Of a DNA stretch of 64,000 nucleotides, positions 39,068 through 52,163 are shown piece after piece. Made by a program: the position numbers and the translations under genes. The notes beneath the pieces are model-generated. The model was not told where the DNA came from. It ran no database searches and was given only the letters and a program-made list of their open reading frames with translations. The DNA is taken from NCBI GenBank assembly GCA_002269645.1, contig NIVC01002731.1:81523-145522 (forward strand), read 5' to 3'. Positions within the stretch are counted from its first letter, which is position 1; the number at the start of each line of letters is the position of its first letter. The DNA comes from Macrostomum lignano (lineage: Eukaryota).

Positions 39068-39728
39068 CAGAGGCATCGCCAACGGAGGGGACAGGGGGAA
39101 CATGTCCCCCTCCCAGTAAAGTATGCGGGGACATGCGGTGCTAAAATGAGTGCCTGCGGTGCTAAAATGAGTGCCTGCTGTGCTAAAATGAGTGCCTGCG
39201 GTGCTAAAATGAGTGCCTGCTGTGCTAAAATGAGTGCCTGCGACGCTAAAATGAGTGCCTGCGGTGCTAAAATGAGTGCCTGCGACGCTAAAATGAGTGC
39301 CTGCGGCGCTTAAATGAGTGCCTGCTGTGCTAAAATGAGTGCCTGCGACGCTAAAATGAGTGCCTGCGGCGCTAAAATGAGTGCCTGCTGTGCTAAAATG
39401 AGTGTCTGCTGTGCTAAAATGAGTGCCTGCGGTGCTAAAATGAGTGCCTGCGGCGCTAAAATGAGTGCCTGCGGCGCTAAAATGAGTGCCTGCGGCGCTA
39501 AAATGAGTGCCTGCGGTGCTAAAATGAGTGCCTGCGGTGCTAAAATGAGTGCCTGCGGCGCTAAAATGAGTGCCTGCGGCGCTAAAATGAGTGCCTGCGG
39601 TGCTAAAATGAGTGCCTTTGGCGCTAAAGTGATCGCTGAAAACACAGATTTTGAAGACAATGTACGAGTACATGTGGAATTCTTGGCTTTGTCCGCCCCC
39701 AACCATAAAATCCATGGCGACGACACTG
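39068..39728. mobile_element. hAT-like MITE carrying an internal 21-bp tandem array, inserted into a second lectin fragment
   Basis: Imperfect TIRs CAGAGGCATCGCCA / TGGCGACGACACTG and an imperfect 8-bp TSD TCAGCCAG / CAAGCCAG. Internal (GCTAAAATGAGTGCCTGCGGT)n at ~39135-39625. The flanks (~39036-39067, 39729-39800) join into a minus-strand lectin-like sequence (CLDIGGELLMDRTVIRAVNHW). Confidence 0.7.
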
Positions 39729-40121
39729 CAAGCCAGTGATTGACAGCTCGAATGACAGTCCGATCCATCAGCAGCTCTCCGCCGATGTCCAGGCACACAC
39801 AGTGTATCCGGTTAGCTGTTGGGGCCTGAGATGCATTCATTTTGCCACTGCTGGCAATTCTCAGTCACAACGCTCTTCTATTTGCTAAAAAAGGGGTTGC
39901 TCCTACAATAAAAGCCCGTGGAAGGCTGGTAGCAGATCCGGAAATGCGCATTTATCAGACTTGATGGAATTTAAGCATGAAGCGAGTTCTGTTGAACAAA
40001 GGCAAACAGCAAGCAAGACAAACTTCACGGGATTTGCTAATTTTCTCCTGTGTCAATACATTTAGAATAAACAGCTACCGTTGTCATGACTGCATCTAGC
40101 GATAGATTTTCTATATTTGAT

Positions 40122-40403
40122 TAAATATGCTCAGCAACATCGAAAAGTCGCCATCACAGATGATTCCGTCTGTGGTCGCCACTTTTGAGAGTGCAGGTAC
40201 GAGCGTAAAGTCTCTTAATCTAAGCGAGTGACTCAACTCTGCAGCTACGCCACAGCAGACTTGAGTTTTTGCGAGGGTTGGACGGATTAAAGCTACCCCG
40301 ATTCAGTTTTCTCGTATCTTTTACTTCAGAATAGTCCAAGAGAAATTTCTCACAGAGAAAGTCGCATAGAGTGGCGACTTTTCAATTTTGCTGAGTATAA
40401 ATA
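40122..40403. mobile_element. Decayed MITE (TA-flanked inverted repeats)
   Basis: TATGCTCAGCAACATCGAAAAGTCGCCA (~40126-40153) is an imperfect inverted repeat of TGGCGACTTTTCAATTTTGCTGAGTATA (~40372-40399). Confidence 0.55.
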
Positions 40404-40746
40404 ATAAAAAACATTTTTGGACGAATTGAGACACCAATCGAACACTTCTGTTGTGTTCACACGCAATCCGCTCCTACTTACAAAAGCGTCTCAAATTTCT
40501 GTTGTGCCAAATAATATCAAAGAGAAAAGATCAAATCCGGTGTTGCAATGCGTTGAATTTTCTGTATTTAAATATTAAATTGGGTCAGAGCCTTGATAAA
40601 CAAAAGCCAAGATTACATTCTCAAGCAAGAATGAAGGACTGCATCAGGCTTTAAGAATAAAAGGCTTTATAGCTGAACTGAATTAGGGTGGCTAGGGATG
40701 AATTCATTCTGTAATTTTTACTCCCACTAAACTCCAGCTTCTTTCT

Positions 40747-41451
40747 TCAGTACTTCTTGACGAACTTGGCCCAGCTCGGGTCGGTCTCGATTGCGTCGCC
40801 GACGCTCGAGTCAGCGAAGTCCAGCATGCGGCAGGCGCCGCTGGCCCGGTTGAACAGGACGGCCCGGCACTCCCAGCGCTGCACGCAGAGCCACAGGCAG
40901 CGAAACTCCGAGCTCACCGAGGCGTCAGTGTAGCAGTAGACAGGACTGATGTTGCCCAGCCTCAGGAACTCCACTCGCTCCAGGTACTTGCTGTTCGGCG
41001 TCGCGATCGGCTGGCAGACGAATGTGTTGTCCCAATTCGGTCGTCTGTCCCGCAAGCCAGCTTTGCTGACCCCTACAAAGTCATCATCTTCAAATTCGTT
41101 GTTCGGCAAGCCGGACAGCCAGTCGCTGTCATCCAGTTCAGGAAACAGCGAGCCGTTGGCGAATCTCCAGCCGCTTCGAGACCTGCCCGCCTCAGCCAGG
41201 AGGTCCGTCACTCCGATCAAATAATAATCAATCCAGTGATTGACAGCTCGGATGGCAGTCAGGTCCATCAGCAGCTCTCCGCCGATGCCCAGGCACAGTC
41301 TGGCTGCGTCGCACCAGCTGGAAACGCTGGTGTTGTTGCCGATGTAGACGCAGCTGCCCAGCCTGTCGATGAACGGAGCGATGCAGTGACCGGAGGCGGT
41401 GGCAATCAGCACTGCGATCAGAGCCGGCTGAATCATTGCTGCAGCTACCAT
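40747..41451 (-). CDS. Secreted intronless C-type-lectin-like + PAN/apple domain protein, copy 1
   Basis: Signal peptide, then CTLD hallmarks (C..PF..GSC, SWCDAARLC..IGGEL, YLIGVTD, WRFANG, FVC) and a C-terminal PAN-like cysteine pattern (C.WLC.Q.WEC.A..FN...G.C.ML). Confidence 0.82.
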   Translation of the reverse strand: MVAAAMIQPALIAVLIATASGHCIAPFIDRLGSCVYIGNNTSVSSWCDAARLCLGIGGELLMDLTAIRAVNHWIDYYLIGVTDLLAEAGRSRSGWRFANGSLFPELDDSDWLSGLPNNEFEDDDFVGVSKAGLRDRRPNWDNTFVCQPIATPNSKYLERVEFLRLGNISPVYCYTDASVSSEFRCLWLCVQRWECRAVLFNRASGACRMLDFADSSVGDAIETDPSWAKFVKKY

Positions 41452-42737
41452 TGACTCAGCCTGGCTTGGCTCTTCGGCTTTATGCAGCTCAAGGGTGTCT
41501 GAGAAGCCTATTTACAGTCGTCTAGATATCTTAATGCATTTTGATCCGATCAGCCAGTTAGGCTGCTGCTAATGCGAGCAGCTGTCCCTTCATTGGCCAT
41601 GAACCCTTTTGGTTATCAAAAAAACAGGTGAATATTACGGGAAAACTCAGCAAAGAGGCCTCAATGCCTACTCTAACCCATGTTTAAAATTATCAAATAG
41701 TCAACTGTACAATTCAAGTACCCATCTTCTGCTATTATCCATAGCTACTTAGCTCCTGTGTTTTCTGTAGCCATGGAGACTGTAGATGACAACTCCGTAT
41801 AGCATCCTATAGGATTTAGCGATCAGGGTAATTTTCTTTTAGGTTAGGGTTGGCAATCAATTCATGGCAGTAGTGCTGATGATGATACAATGTAAGACTA
41901 GATGATAAAATATTTTAAAAAGCGGGACTAATAAAATGACGTGATTATTTTGATCATATTTATATTATCCAGGAATACTAATTAAAGTAGAGCAATAGGA
42001 GTTTTGATCTCGGTCCAATAAAGAACACAAAGGAACTAAGCTGGCGACAGCAATGTCGCTTGTCTAGAAAGTGTCATCGGTTTATGACTCATCGGTCTAT
42101 ATCGTTCGGAAACAAAGCCTCGTTTACTCGTAACACTTGCAGCGGATATTTTTCGTCTGATTGAGTCAGCCAGAGAATTAGGATTATCCTTGAAGATTCT
42201 TTCAGCCTGCTCAGTTGAGATCGGCAGAGAAAGAAAAACTAAGAGTAGAAAACGAATTGCCCCTATCCAGTGCCGTAGTTTTGAATAGTCTCATTGTCAA
42301 CTCCACACTTTATGTTTTATAGGGTGGAAAAGTTTGTTTTGAGGATGTAATCGATGCTTCAACTAAGTCCTTTAATGCAGATTGATTTTGAAAATTTACT
42401 CAGAGTTGTAGTTGTTCTACTAGTACAAGGGTATAGATATGAAAGAGTACAAATTTTGAGCCAGTCCGATGGTAAGCTCGTTCAACACTCCCGACGTCCG
42501 CTAACACATCCGTGACGTAATCAACATAGATGGAAGATCATGTAGCTTTTTAAAAATTGCATTCGAACCAAAAGTTGAGTTGCTCTGTGGATGCTAGACA
42601 AACAAACGAAATAATAGTATGGCCAGTATTTAACAGTGCGGATGGTAAGAGCTAGCGAATAGTCAGTAAAAAGTTGTCTACAGTAATCTCAGCTACTCGG
42701 CGTACTTTTCTGGTGGCGACTGCTCAACCTCGGTCAG

Positions 42738-43834
42738 CTAAATCAGCTGTATGATGGCATCGGACAGCCAGTAGACCCCTGGACTAGCTTTATTCAACCG
42801 GATTTCCACGCGGTTGTCACCCTGTTTATAATAGGTTGAGTCAATGCGGAACTCCTGCCAGCCGAAGTCGTCTCTCGGCGTCAGAGCGTAGGCCTGCAAA
42901 ATGTAGGCGATTAATTGCCTGGTGCAGCTGTAGTTGATCCAACTGCAACTGTCAGATAAGAGTTTGGGATCTGAGGGCACAATTATTCAGTAAAAATCAT
43001 GCAGGTACATGTAGACTATACAATAGGTATTGTAAGCACTGGAAAAGTCTAGACCGGGGCTATCCAGCCAGACCGGCTGATGCATTGTTCTGCATTTTGC
43101 CAACTAACCTGCTTGCTTGCTTGACTATAAAATAAACTGTCTTGAATAATTTGCGGTACAAAGAATTCTGAGATGTGAGCCTCACACGATCGAAATAGGG
43201 CCTTTGGAGGCCAGTGTGTTAGAAATCTTTCTGGCATGTGAGCAGAAGCCACTGACAATAGAAAAAAATTTCATAGGCAGCTATCATTAGATTCCTCTTT
43301 CAATAGATTCTATAAAAACCCTGCTGTTGCTGAAACTACAAACAGGTAGTCGAACGCTTTCTACGTCGATGTCCGTGGATCCAATTATGCTCCTCTACCA
43401 CCTTGCTTGAACTGCTTGAATTGCTTGAATTCCTTAAAGCTGGAGTGTCTATATATAAATTTTATTTGAGTCGAGCTGAAAGAATTAACGAATGTTTTTC
43501 GAATCTTCCCGAACTTAATCTTTTTGTTTTTGTTTAGTTCAGTGATGGACAGATGATCTGCAGTTCCTACCTGCATCAGCGTATGACCATTCATAGCGAT
43601 GTCAATCAGACCATCCGATGTTGTCCTACAATGGTTTAATCTTAACACAACCAGCGAAAAATTTGAGTCAGATGGTATCACAAACTCTAGCGTTACTTTG
43701 CTGGCGTCCGGTATAGTAAACACCTGGTACGGTCTATCGGGTCGATAGTAATTCGTCAATTCGACATTGCGGAACTTGGCTCCCTGAACGGTCTCTTCGC
43801 TGCAGTCGAAACTAGCAATCTTTTGCCTGGACAT
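42738..43834 (-). CDS. Orphan 139-aa two-exon protein, predicted beta-sandwich (CBM/galactose-binding-like)
   Basis: Exons 43834-43571 (88 codons) and 42893-42738 (51 codons plus stop), with a canonical phase-0 GT-AG junction and a coherent beta-strand pattern. Confidence 0.65.
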
Positions 43835-43974
43835 TGCGGTCAATTTTGCTTGAAAACTTAAAAACGTTACAGAGATTTAATTTTTTGTAGATGGGCACGA
43901 TTGCTCAAGTCTTTTTAGGGTTCAGATTAATTTTAGCTTGTAAAAATAGTTTTCAAGGGTTTGCTCGGCGCCCC

Positions 43975-44470
43975 TAGGTGGTAAAGTTTCTAGGTGGTAA
44001 AGCCTCTGTGTGGTAAAGCCTCTGGGTGGTAAAGCCTCTGGTTGGTAAAGTCTCTGGGTGGTAAAGCCTCTGGGTGGTAAAGCCTCTGGGTGGTAAAGCC
44101 TCTGGGTGGTAAAGCCTCTGGTGGTAAAGCCTCTGGTGGTAAAGCCTCTGGGTGGTAAAGCCTCTGGGTGGCAAAGCCTCATGGGTGGTAAAGCCTCTGG
44201 GTGGTAAAGCCTCTGGGTGGTAAAGCCTCTGGGTGGCAAAGCCTCATGGGTGGTAAAGCCTCTGGTTGGTAAAGCACCTGGTGCTAAAGCCTCTGGGTGG
44301 TAAAGCCTCTGGTTGGTAAAGCACCTGGTGCTAAAGCCTCTGGGGTGGTAAAGCACCTGGTGCTAAAGCCTCTGGGTGGTAAAGCACCTGGTGCTAAAGC
44401 CTCTGGGGTGGTAAAGCACCTGGTGCTAAAGCCTCTGGGGTGGTAAAGCACCTGGTGCTAAAGCCTCTGT
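43975..44470. repeat. 17-18-bp minisatellite (GGTGGTAAAGCCTCTG(G))
   Basis: Read directly from the sequence. Confidence 0.94.
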
Positions 44471-45127
44471 TGCACGCACAGATGAAATGGCTCTTCCCAA
44501 TAAATTATAGGCCACGCCCTTCTTCAATGAAAGATCCAATAATTCGCCCTTGAGAAAACATATTAAAATAAAAACTTCACGAAATATATTTGAATTAGAA
44601 ATGTGACCGAGCTTACCAAAAGTACAACTCGAGTATTTGTCTAAAATATTCTCGACAAGATAATTCCACACTCTACCGCGAGGCTTAGCTTGGTTAGAGT
44701 CTTGTTTGCTTTGTATTTGCAGCCCAGTCTTGCGACAACAATTTGACGTTGTAAATTTATATACCGGGCCTCGTACACGCAAATGTACAGTCATGCCAAA
44801 TGACTCAATTGCGCTCGTACAGAGCTGTTTCAATTAAGCGTACGACCGCTAAGGCGTAACAGAGGAACTGACTCTATAATGTTTTTAAGACATTGTGTTC
44901 AACAAATTTTTTAGCTAATCCAGAGTTAGACAGGCTCTAAAGTCATCTGTGTTAACCGATTCTTTGGAGCAGCCAGTCCCAGAACAGTACAGCAGCACGT
45001 TATTCTATATAACGGATGTGTATACTCACCAACAGCTAACCCTTCCCCCAAACTCACTGTCAACACGGCCCAAAAATTATGTGCATGCCATGCAAATGAG
45101 GTAACGCAGCTCGCTCGCATTCACACA

Positions 45128-45320
45128 TTGAACTGGCCGTCGAAGTCTCCAGACACGAACCTGATCGAGGATGTCTCGAACTCGTCAAGGAAATAGTTCA
45201 TCAGGGTGATTCTGAATGCCTGGCAGCAGCTGTCCCAAGAGTTCATCAACCGCCTGGAGATCAGGATGCCTCGACGAAAGATGGCACTTTTACATGCTCG
45301 TAGTTCCTACACAAGATGCT
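45128..45320 (+). mobile_element. Tc1/mariner transposase C-terminal relic
   Basis: WPSKSPDTNLIE (compare WPSxSPDLNPIE), followed by W.QLSQEFINRL..RMPRR..A..ARSSYT. Confidence 0.7.
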
Positions 45321-45445
45321 GAAACTATAGCATTAAAGACATTGCTTAACTTATTGTGCCAGTCAGGCTCGAGCTTGTAAGACCTAATCATATTTTCATT
45401 CTGGGTCTATGGGATGCTGCACAACATGTAGGGATCAAAGTCCGT

Positions 45446-45565
45446 ACCGGCCATCCTGTTTAACCGGGCCAGCGGCGCCTGCCGCATGCTGGACTTCGCT
45501 GACTCGAGCGTCGGCGACGCCATCGAGACGGACCCGAGCTGGGCTAAGTTCGTCAAGAAGTGCTG
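45446..45565 (+). pseudogene. 3'-end fragment of the lectin+PAN gene
   Basis: Encodes AILFNRASGACRMLDFADSSVGDAIETDPSWAKFVKKC*, matching the C-terminus of the full copies. Confidence 0.85.
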
Positions 45566-46199
45566 ACAGAAAATTACGAAATGAAAACTTAAGAAGCTGA
45601 AAACAAGTTTGCGTAGTTTTTGTCACGTAGTGGCTTGCAAATCTCGAGCTACGAGATAGCTCGTAACACAACGATCTTATCTATTCTGGAATTTCCACCC
45701 TCTGTGAGTAGTTAATACGATGAATACTCGAACAAAACTCCCTCTATATGCTTACTCAAGTCTTCTTCTCGGATACTTCCGACTGTGTACTCATTCATTT
45801 AATACTAATATACCTGTTCCATAGACACAGTCGCATGGGGTACGGCGGCGTATATCTCATCATCAGGAATGGATTCACTCTGTACCTCTGGGGACTGGCC
45901 TTCATAGTGTTGAATTGCATGTCAGTGCATGACCCAGGTGCCTAACTGCGCAACTCCTGCTACCACAATATTTACTCGCGATTTTGTTCCAATGAGAATA
46001 TTTGAGATGCTGAAGGATCAGGTTTGAGATCTTCATCAGATACACCAGGGCTGTTTGCATTGTGTTTGCTGGTTCCACTAGCAAATAGTGCTAATCATGG
46101 CGACTGTAGGTGAGGGACTTCCTTTTCCTTCATCTGCTGCGGTCTTTCCTAATTTATTCAACTTAGTAGCCATTTACAAGCTAAGTAGCCCCCCCCCAA

Positions 46200-48085
46200 T
46201 GGAAGAATATATTTTGACCTGGGGAAGCTGATTGACAGTGACATCCGGGACAATTAAGTCCAGAGCGAACCTGCATCGAGATTTGCGCCTCTGCTACGAG
46301 TACTACTCACAGAAGACAACAGCTATAGCAAAGTATGTGTGACGAATTCACAAATAGGATAACGGAAGCAGCAAATAAAGTTCTGGGGAAGCGCCGAAAA
46401 ATCAGAAAGCAGTGGATCACCAAAGAGGTCCTCGATGGCTGCGACAGGCGATGTGAGATACAAAGCAGAAGGCATGAGGGAGAGAAACAGATGGACGAGT
46501 ACAGAAAAGAAAAACAAGGAAGTGCGAAGGTTACTAAGAAAAGCTAAAAAAGAATGGGCAGAGGAACAAGCCAAGCTGGTGGAAAGCAACTTTGAGAGGA
46601 ACAACACGAGGGAGGCCTAGAAATAATCAAGAACCTGACGGAAAGACGCAAAAAACAAATGAATGCTGCAGAAGACCAGAAAGGAAAACCCTGGCTGGAA
46701 GCCAAGAGGTGCAGGCGCAAAGATGAAAAAATACTGCAGCTAACTGTATATAATCACAAGACAATGTGGACAGAAGCATGCTGGGGGAGACATTGAGAGA
46801 GATGGCGAGGAAGAAAATCTGGATTGCACGTTTCTGAGATCAGAGGTAGAGGCTGCAATAAAAAGTCTGAAGAAAAACAAGAGTGCAGGAGCGGACAACA
46901 TCAACGCAGAATTGATACAAAATGAAGGTGACTTTACTGCACAGGCTCTGCAATAAAATCTTCAATAGCGAAGAATGGCCATCACAGCGGACCGAATCCA
47001 TCCTCATGGACAATCAGCCCTCATCAGCCATGCGTCAAAAGTCCTGCTAAAAATGATCCTAAAGGAATAACACCAAGAGCAGAGCAGGTGTTCAGCGAGA
47101 TGCAGGCAGGTTTCAGAAAGGACTGGGGAGCACTACAGAGCAAATTACCAACTTGCGACTATTAATTGTGTGAAAAGGCTAGAATTCACCAAAAGATCAT
47201 CTGCCACAATTTCATAGACTTCGAAGCGCTTTGGCACACAACGAAAAAAAATCAACATTAGAGAAGACATCACAAGAGTAATTAAGCGACTGCATGAAGA
47301 AGCTAAGACCAAGGTTATGGCAGGCGACCAGTGCAGTGACTGGTTTAGGGTAGCGGTGGGGGTGAGACAAGGATGTATCCTTTTACCCATTCTCTTCAAT
47401 TGTTTCCTGGAACGGATAATGACAGAAATCCTAGAGGAACTGGATGAGGCGATCGGAACCAGTTGCGGAGGAATCAACATCAGCAACTTGATTGGAAAAA
47501 AAATTAATGAGGAAGAATTGCAAGAACTGACAAACGAAGCTGGACAGAATCTCTAGAAAGTTTGGCATCGAAGTCGGCAAAGAAAATTGAGCTGGAACAG
47601 GTGAATCAGTTTAAATACCTGGGGGCAACCATCATGGATAATGGGACATCGGAGGAAGAGATCAGAATCAGAAACTGCGTCGCAACCAGCTCAATAATAA
47701 GGCTTGATGATCTTTGGCAGACTCAAAGGAGTTGGTTTGAAGAATCGCCTCAAGATCGCAAAGGCGGTCACATGTGCGACACTGCTCTATGGGTGCGACA
47801 GCTGGACTCGGGGAAGAAAAGTATATGGAGACACTCAAAGCATTTGAATTACAGAAGAATGCTAAGGATTTCATCGAAAGAGAAAAAGACAAATGCCTGG
47901 GTTTGGAGAAAAGTTAAGGAAGTATTGGGAAAGGAACCAGAATCTGTGGAGGAGATCATCAAGCGGAGAATGCTCAAATTTTACTGTCATCAGACGAGGA
48001 AGGAAGGCCATGGCAGAAGAAGAGGAAGACAGAAAAGGCAGTGGGAAGATGACCTGAAAGAACTGATGGATTGGAATGCTTGAGT
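46200..48085 (+). mobile_element. Decayed RTE-clade LINE
   Basis: Fragmented frames contain KQWITKEVL, KKNKSAGADNINAELI, ISHASKVLLKMI, QAGFRK, GVRQGCILLPILFN, QFKYLGATI and GRRRGRQKRQWEDDL, with many stops and frameshifts. Confidence 0.85.
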
Positions 48086-48134
48086 TGTCTAGCTGAGTAA
48101 TATTGAAACTCATCATGCCGAAAAACGGGCTTCT

Positions 48135-48430
48135 TATTTCTTTTTTACCGTAGCCGTCATGGCCGTGGGCGCGCACCCATTCATGCCCAGCTTCCTCCAC
48201 CACTGCCTGTCCTTCGCTGCTCTTCTTAGCCTCTCCATTGTCTATCCAGTTCAAACGTTTTGAAAACTCAAACATTCCAATCCATCAGTGTGATCTGAGC
48301 CAGAGTAGCCGAAAATATCCGTTTCTTCCATATTTGCTTGGCTTTCGCTCGCTTATTGACGATTTTTTGGATGCATTTTCGTCCATTAATCTGTCTTATT
48401 GTAAATACTGGCTTTTGGTAAGTCTCTGAC
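48135..48430 (-). mobile_element. Second RTE-like 3'-end fragment, convergent with the preceding copy
   Basis: The minus strand reads ..LMDWNV.. (compare LMDWNA at ~48065) and AKDRQWWRKL, typical of an RTE C-terminus. Confidence 0.5.
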
Positions 48431-49396
48431 TTCCACGACATTTCTCCCATTGAACCGCTAGCCGTGGGAGATGGATATAAATTGCAAGGCAGAAATTTCA
48501 ACGGAGACATTGACTATAGATCTATGAAATTTTAAAAGCCAATAGTAAAAGCTTTCCGTAACTTTTCGCCAGAGTAGCTAGCTAAGAAACTAGAATTCAC
48601 TGTTTACCGACTCCTGTAGAAGGCAGATAGGAATTGAGCTTGAGAACTTTCACAACTAAAATTTTTAGAGTTAAAAGCCATTTATGATCTGCCGGAATGC
48701 GAATTTTTGATTAACTGATCGCATCCAGCCTGTTACCGCTCTCACAACTCAAGATAATCTTCGTTTTTCGTTTTTAGCGTTTTTAGCGTTTTTAGCGTTT
48801 TTACGTGCTTAGACTAATTGACATTAATTATAAATTTAACTGAAGCAAGCCAATGGTTGTACGAGAAAAGTGTAAAGTGTTCGCCAAGCGTTTAAGACTT
48901 ATGCTACGCTTCTAAGTTCGGGTTTGGCCGTTCTGGGTGGGGTTGGGGGTTCTCAAAAGATGTTCGGGATCGGAATTAGCCCCGAAAAAATGGCCATCCC
49001 TGTTGTGTCTGGTAACTGATGTATTTGTCTTGTTGCAGATTATCTCTTATGGCTGATATTGCTTTTTATTTGTCATGCGATTACGAAAGCTTTGGGCCGA
49101 AGAAAAACTTAGAGAGAAGACGCGCTCGGGGGGGGAGGCAATACGAGGGTTTTTAAGGTCGTGGTCATAGACATAAGTGAATGGGGACTACTACAGTTAG
49201 CACGTAATAAAAGGGGACGAAACTTGCAAAGTACGAGTATGGGCTACAATTATTAAGTGCATTTGCCATGCACTTCATGTCCCCCTCCAAATGGGAACAT
49301 CGGACAAGCATAACAAAACAGTTTAAATATGTCAGTAAACAGTAAACGCACGCCAACTAGTGTCAATCTTAGCTAGTTCATGCCATAGCGAGTTTA

Positions 49397-52163
49397 TGGC
49401 GCAAATGGCGTCGCGACTTGGTGACCTGCCCCTGGACAACCCGGAACGCGCTCTGACATGGCTCAAGGCGTTCGGTGCGTTGGCCCGTGCCAAGGGCTGG
49501 AAAGATGCAGATGGTGATCGTTGCATCGCAAACAACTTCGTGGCTACATGCGGACTCGCTGCTCTGGAAAAGCTCGGAAATCTCGTGGCCCCAAAGGAAG
49601 TCGAATCCCTGACTTACGCTGAGCTCGAGACGGCTATTTGCTCATATCTTTAGCCGCAAGAGAAGCTGACAATCGCTGAGCGTACAAAATTCTTTGGCAT
49701 TCGCCAAACGGAGGGTGAATCGATCTGCGACTTCCTCGCGCGACTTCGCAAGGCGGCTACCGACTGTAAGTTTGACGCTCTCCGCGCTCTACGAGCCCCG
49801 CCGAAGAGCTGATTCGTCTGGCGCTTATCGCAGGCATGCGTGATCAGAAAGATCAACAGCGTGTACTAAAAGCCATGCACAGCACCGAAATGGCCATCCC
49901 GGACATAATAAAACTTGTACAGAGACTAGAAAAGTTACTACCTTCGTTTCAAATCGCCCGACGCCAGCGATTCCAACTCCAGGCTCCTTTGCTTCAGAAG
50001 CTGCACTGGTAAACTATGCGCATTCGCACCGTCCGGTTCATTCCAATGCCCTACAGCGGACTATAAAGAATTGTAAGTACTGCGGCAAGACGCACCCAGA
50101 TGGAAAGTGTCCGGTATTCGGTAAAATCTGTTCCAACTGCTCCAAGAAGAATCACTTCAGTTCGGTTTGTCGCTCTCGCAGCCAAAAGCCTGTGCACAGT
50201 ATCACGGATACCCCGCAATCTGAGGCTTCCGAGTCACAGGATGCGCCATCGGAATCTGTTTTGCACCTCACTGATGCTGCTCGAATTCACTCGATTGACG
50301 TTGCAACTGAGAAGATAATCATCAATGGAGCTACAGTCGCAATGCAGATTGACACTGGTGCCTCCGTATCCGTCTTATCCAGCACGATGTGGGAGAAGCT
50401 GGGACGACCTCAATTGCAGAAGTGCAGTCGCAGGCTGAAGCGTATGACGGCCACACAATGCAGGCCTTAGGAAGGTTCCCTACCACAGTGGAGATGAACG
50501 GTCGATTTCACCCGGCCGAATTGATCGTCATCGCATCAAGAAAGCAGTACGGACTTCTTGACCGCGATCTCTTGGAGTCAGACCGTGTCTTTAATGTCAG
50601 CTCCCAGTCGGCGCAAACTGTTGAACCTCTACCAACGACAAAGGGCGTCAAGGCCACGATGGAACTCGTCGAAGGTGCAAAGCCGCGTTTTTGCAGAGCC
50701 CGTCCTGTGCCGATTGCCTTGAAGATCAGGTCCATGCAGAACTGGAAAGACTGCACCAACTCGGTGTCATCGAGCCGATTGATGGCCCTGTTGAGAACTC
50801 GTCTCCCGTCGTTTGAGTCAAAAAAAGACGGCACGCTACGCATGTGCGCTGACTACAAGATGCATGTCAACGACAAGACTGAAGACTCCTATTATAAGAC
50901 TTCCTAAGACTGAAGTCATGTTTTCCAAGCTGAAGAACGCAAAGAAGTTCGCCACCATTGATCTTCGCTCAGCCTATTGGCAGATAGAGCTTGACGAAGC
51001 TGCTCAAGAACTCTCGACGATTAACACCTCGCGCGGTTTATACAAGGTCAAAAGGCTTCAGATGGGCATGAAAAATGCCTCATTTATATTCCAGCGCACG
51101 ATGGAAAACATCCTGTCCGACATCAAGGGCCTTCTAATCTATCAGGATGACATCCTTGTATTCGCTGAGAATGCCGCTGCATTGGAAAAGCGACTGGCTG
51201 CGGTCAAAACACGATTGCGAGAGAAACGGGTGACAATCAACGAAGCTAAATGTATAGACTATTGCGACGTCATCTCTTTCTTGGGATTTAAGATCTCTGC
51301 TGCGGGCATCCAGCCTGACGATCGCCTAGTGGAGAAAGTGCGACAAGTTGCGCCACCAAAGGACAAAAAAGAAGTGTCGCAGTTCTTGGGTCTCGCGAAC
51401 TTCTTTGGCCGTCTCATTCCCAACTTTGCGGCCAAAACAAGCGTCTTAAACCGTCTGCGAAAAGATTCGGTCCCTTTCATTTGGGACAAGGCATGTTCCC
51501 AAGCCTTCGCCGACCTGAAGACGGCACTCAGCTCAGCACCGGTAGTCCAGCCATACAGTCTCGAGAAGGAGGTTACCCTGACCACCGACGCATCGAAAGG
51601 CGCATTAGCCGGGGTCCTCACTCAGGATGGTCATCCCGTGATTTTTGTCTCTCGCACACTTTCCAAGGCGGAAGAGAATTACTCCAACATTGAAAGAGAA
51701 GCTCTGGCAATCTTCTGGACGGTATTTCGACTCAAACACTATCTCCTAGGCAGGCATTTCACCGTAAAAACTGATCATCAGCCTCTTGTGCGACTTTTTG
51801 GCGACAGCATCCCAATGAATACCTCAGCCCGAATCGGTCGATGGGCGCTGGCTCTCATGCAGTTCGACTTCAACATTCAGTACGCAAGCGGTCCCTCAAT
51901 ACCGCACGCAGACGCTCTTTCTCGCCTACGTTTTGACGATGTGTCGATGGATTCGCCGCAGCTGTTTGAAGCCATTAACTGTGTCACCTTTGAGACTTCG
52001 ACCATTGATCCGCGCCGAATTATCGCTGAGATGGACACGGATCCATTCATCCAGCGCATTCTGCAACGTGTTCGATCTGGACAATGGCAGAACTGCTCGA
52101 AAGCGGAGGCCCAATTCAAGAAGCATGCGGAGCAGTTAACGCTGGAGGACGGCCTTCTTTTCA
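49397..52163 (+). mobile_element. Ty3/Gypsy (Mag-like) gag-pol relic, truncated before the integrase
   Basis: gag from ~49397 with tandem knuckles CKYCGKTHPDGKC and CSNCSKKNHFSSVC (~50070-50170), protease QIDTGASVS, RT (DLRSAYWQI, YQDD) and RNase H (TDASKG, YSNIEREALAI, TDHQPL, DALSRL). Multiple frameshifts. Confidence 0.9.

Noticed and set aside
38807-39840. 329-aa and 176-aa ORFs with AGTHFS / APQALIL repeats
   Set aside because: They are read through the 21-bp array inside the MITE and antisense lectin fragments.
48985-49002. GGCCATCCCTG resembling a hAT right terminus
   Set aside because: No matching left TIR or TSD was found in the window.
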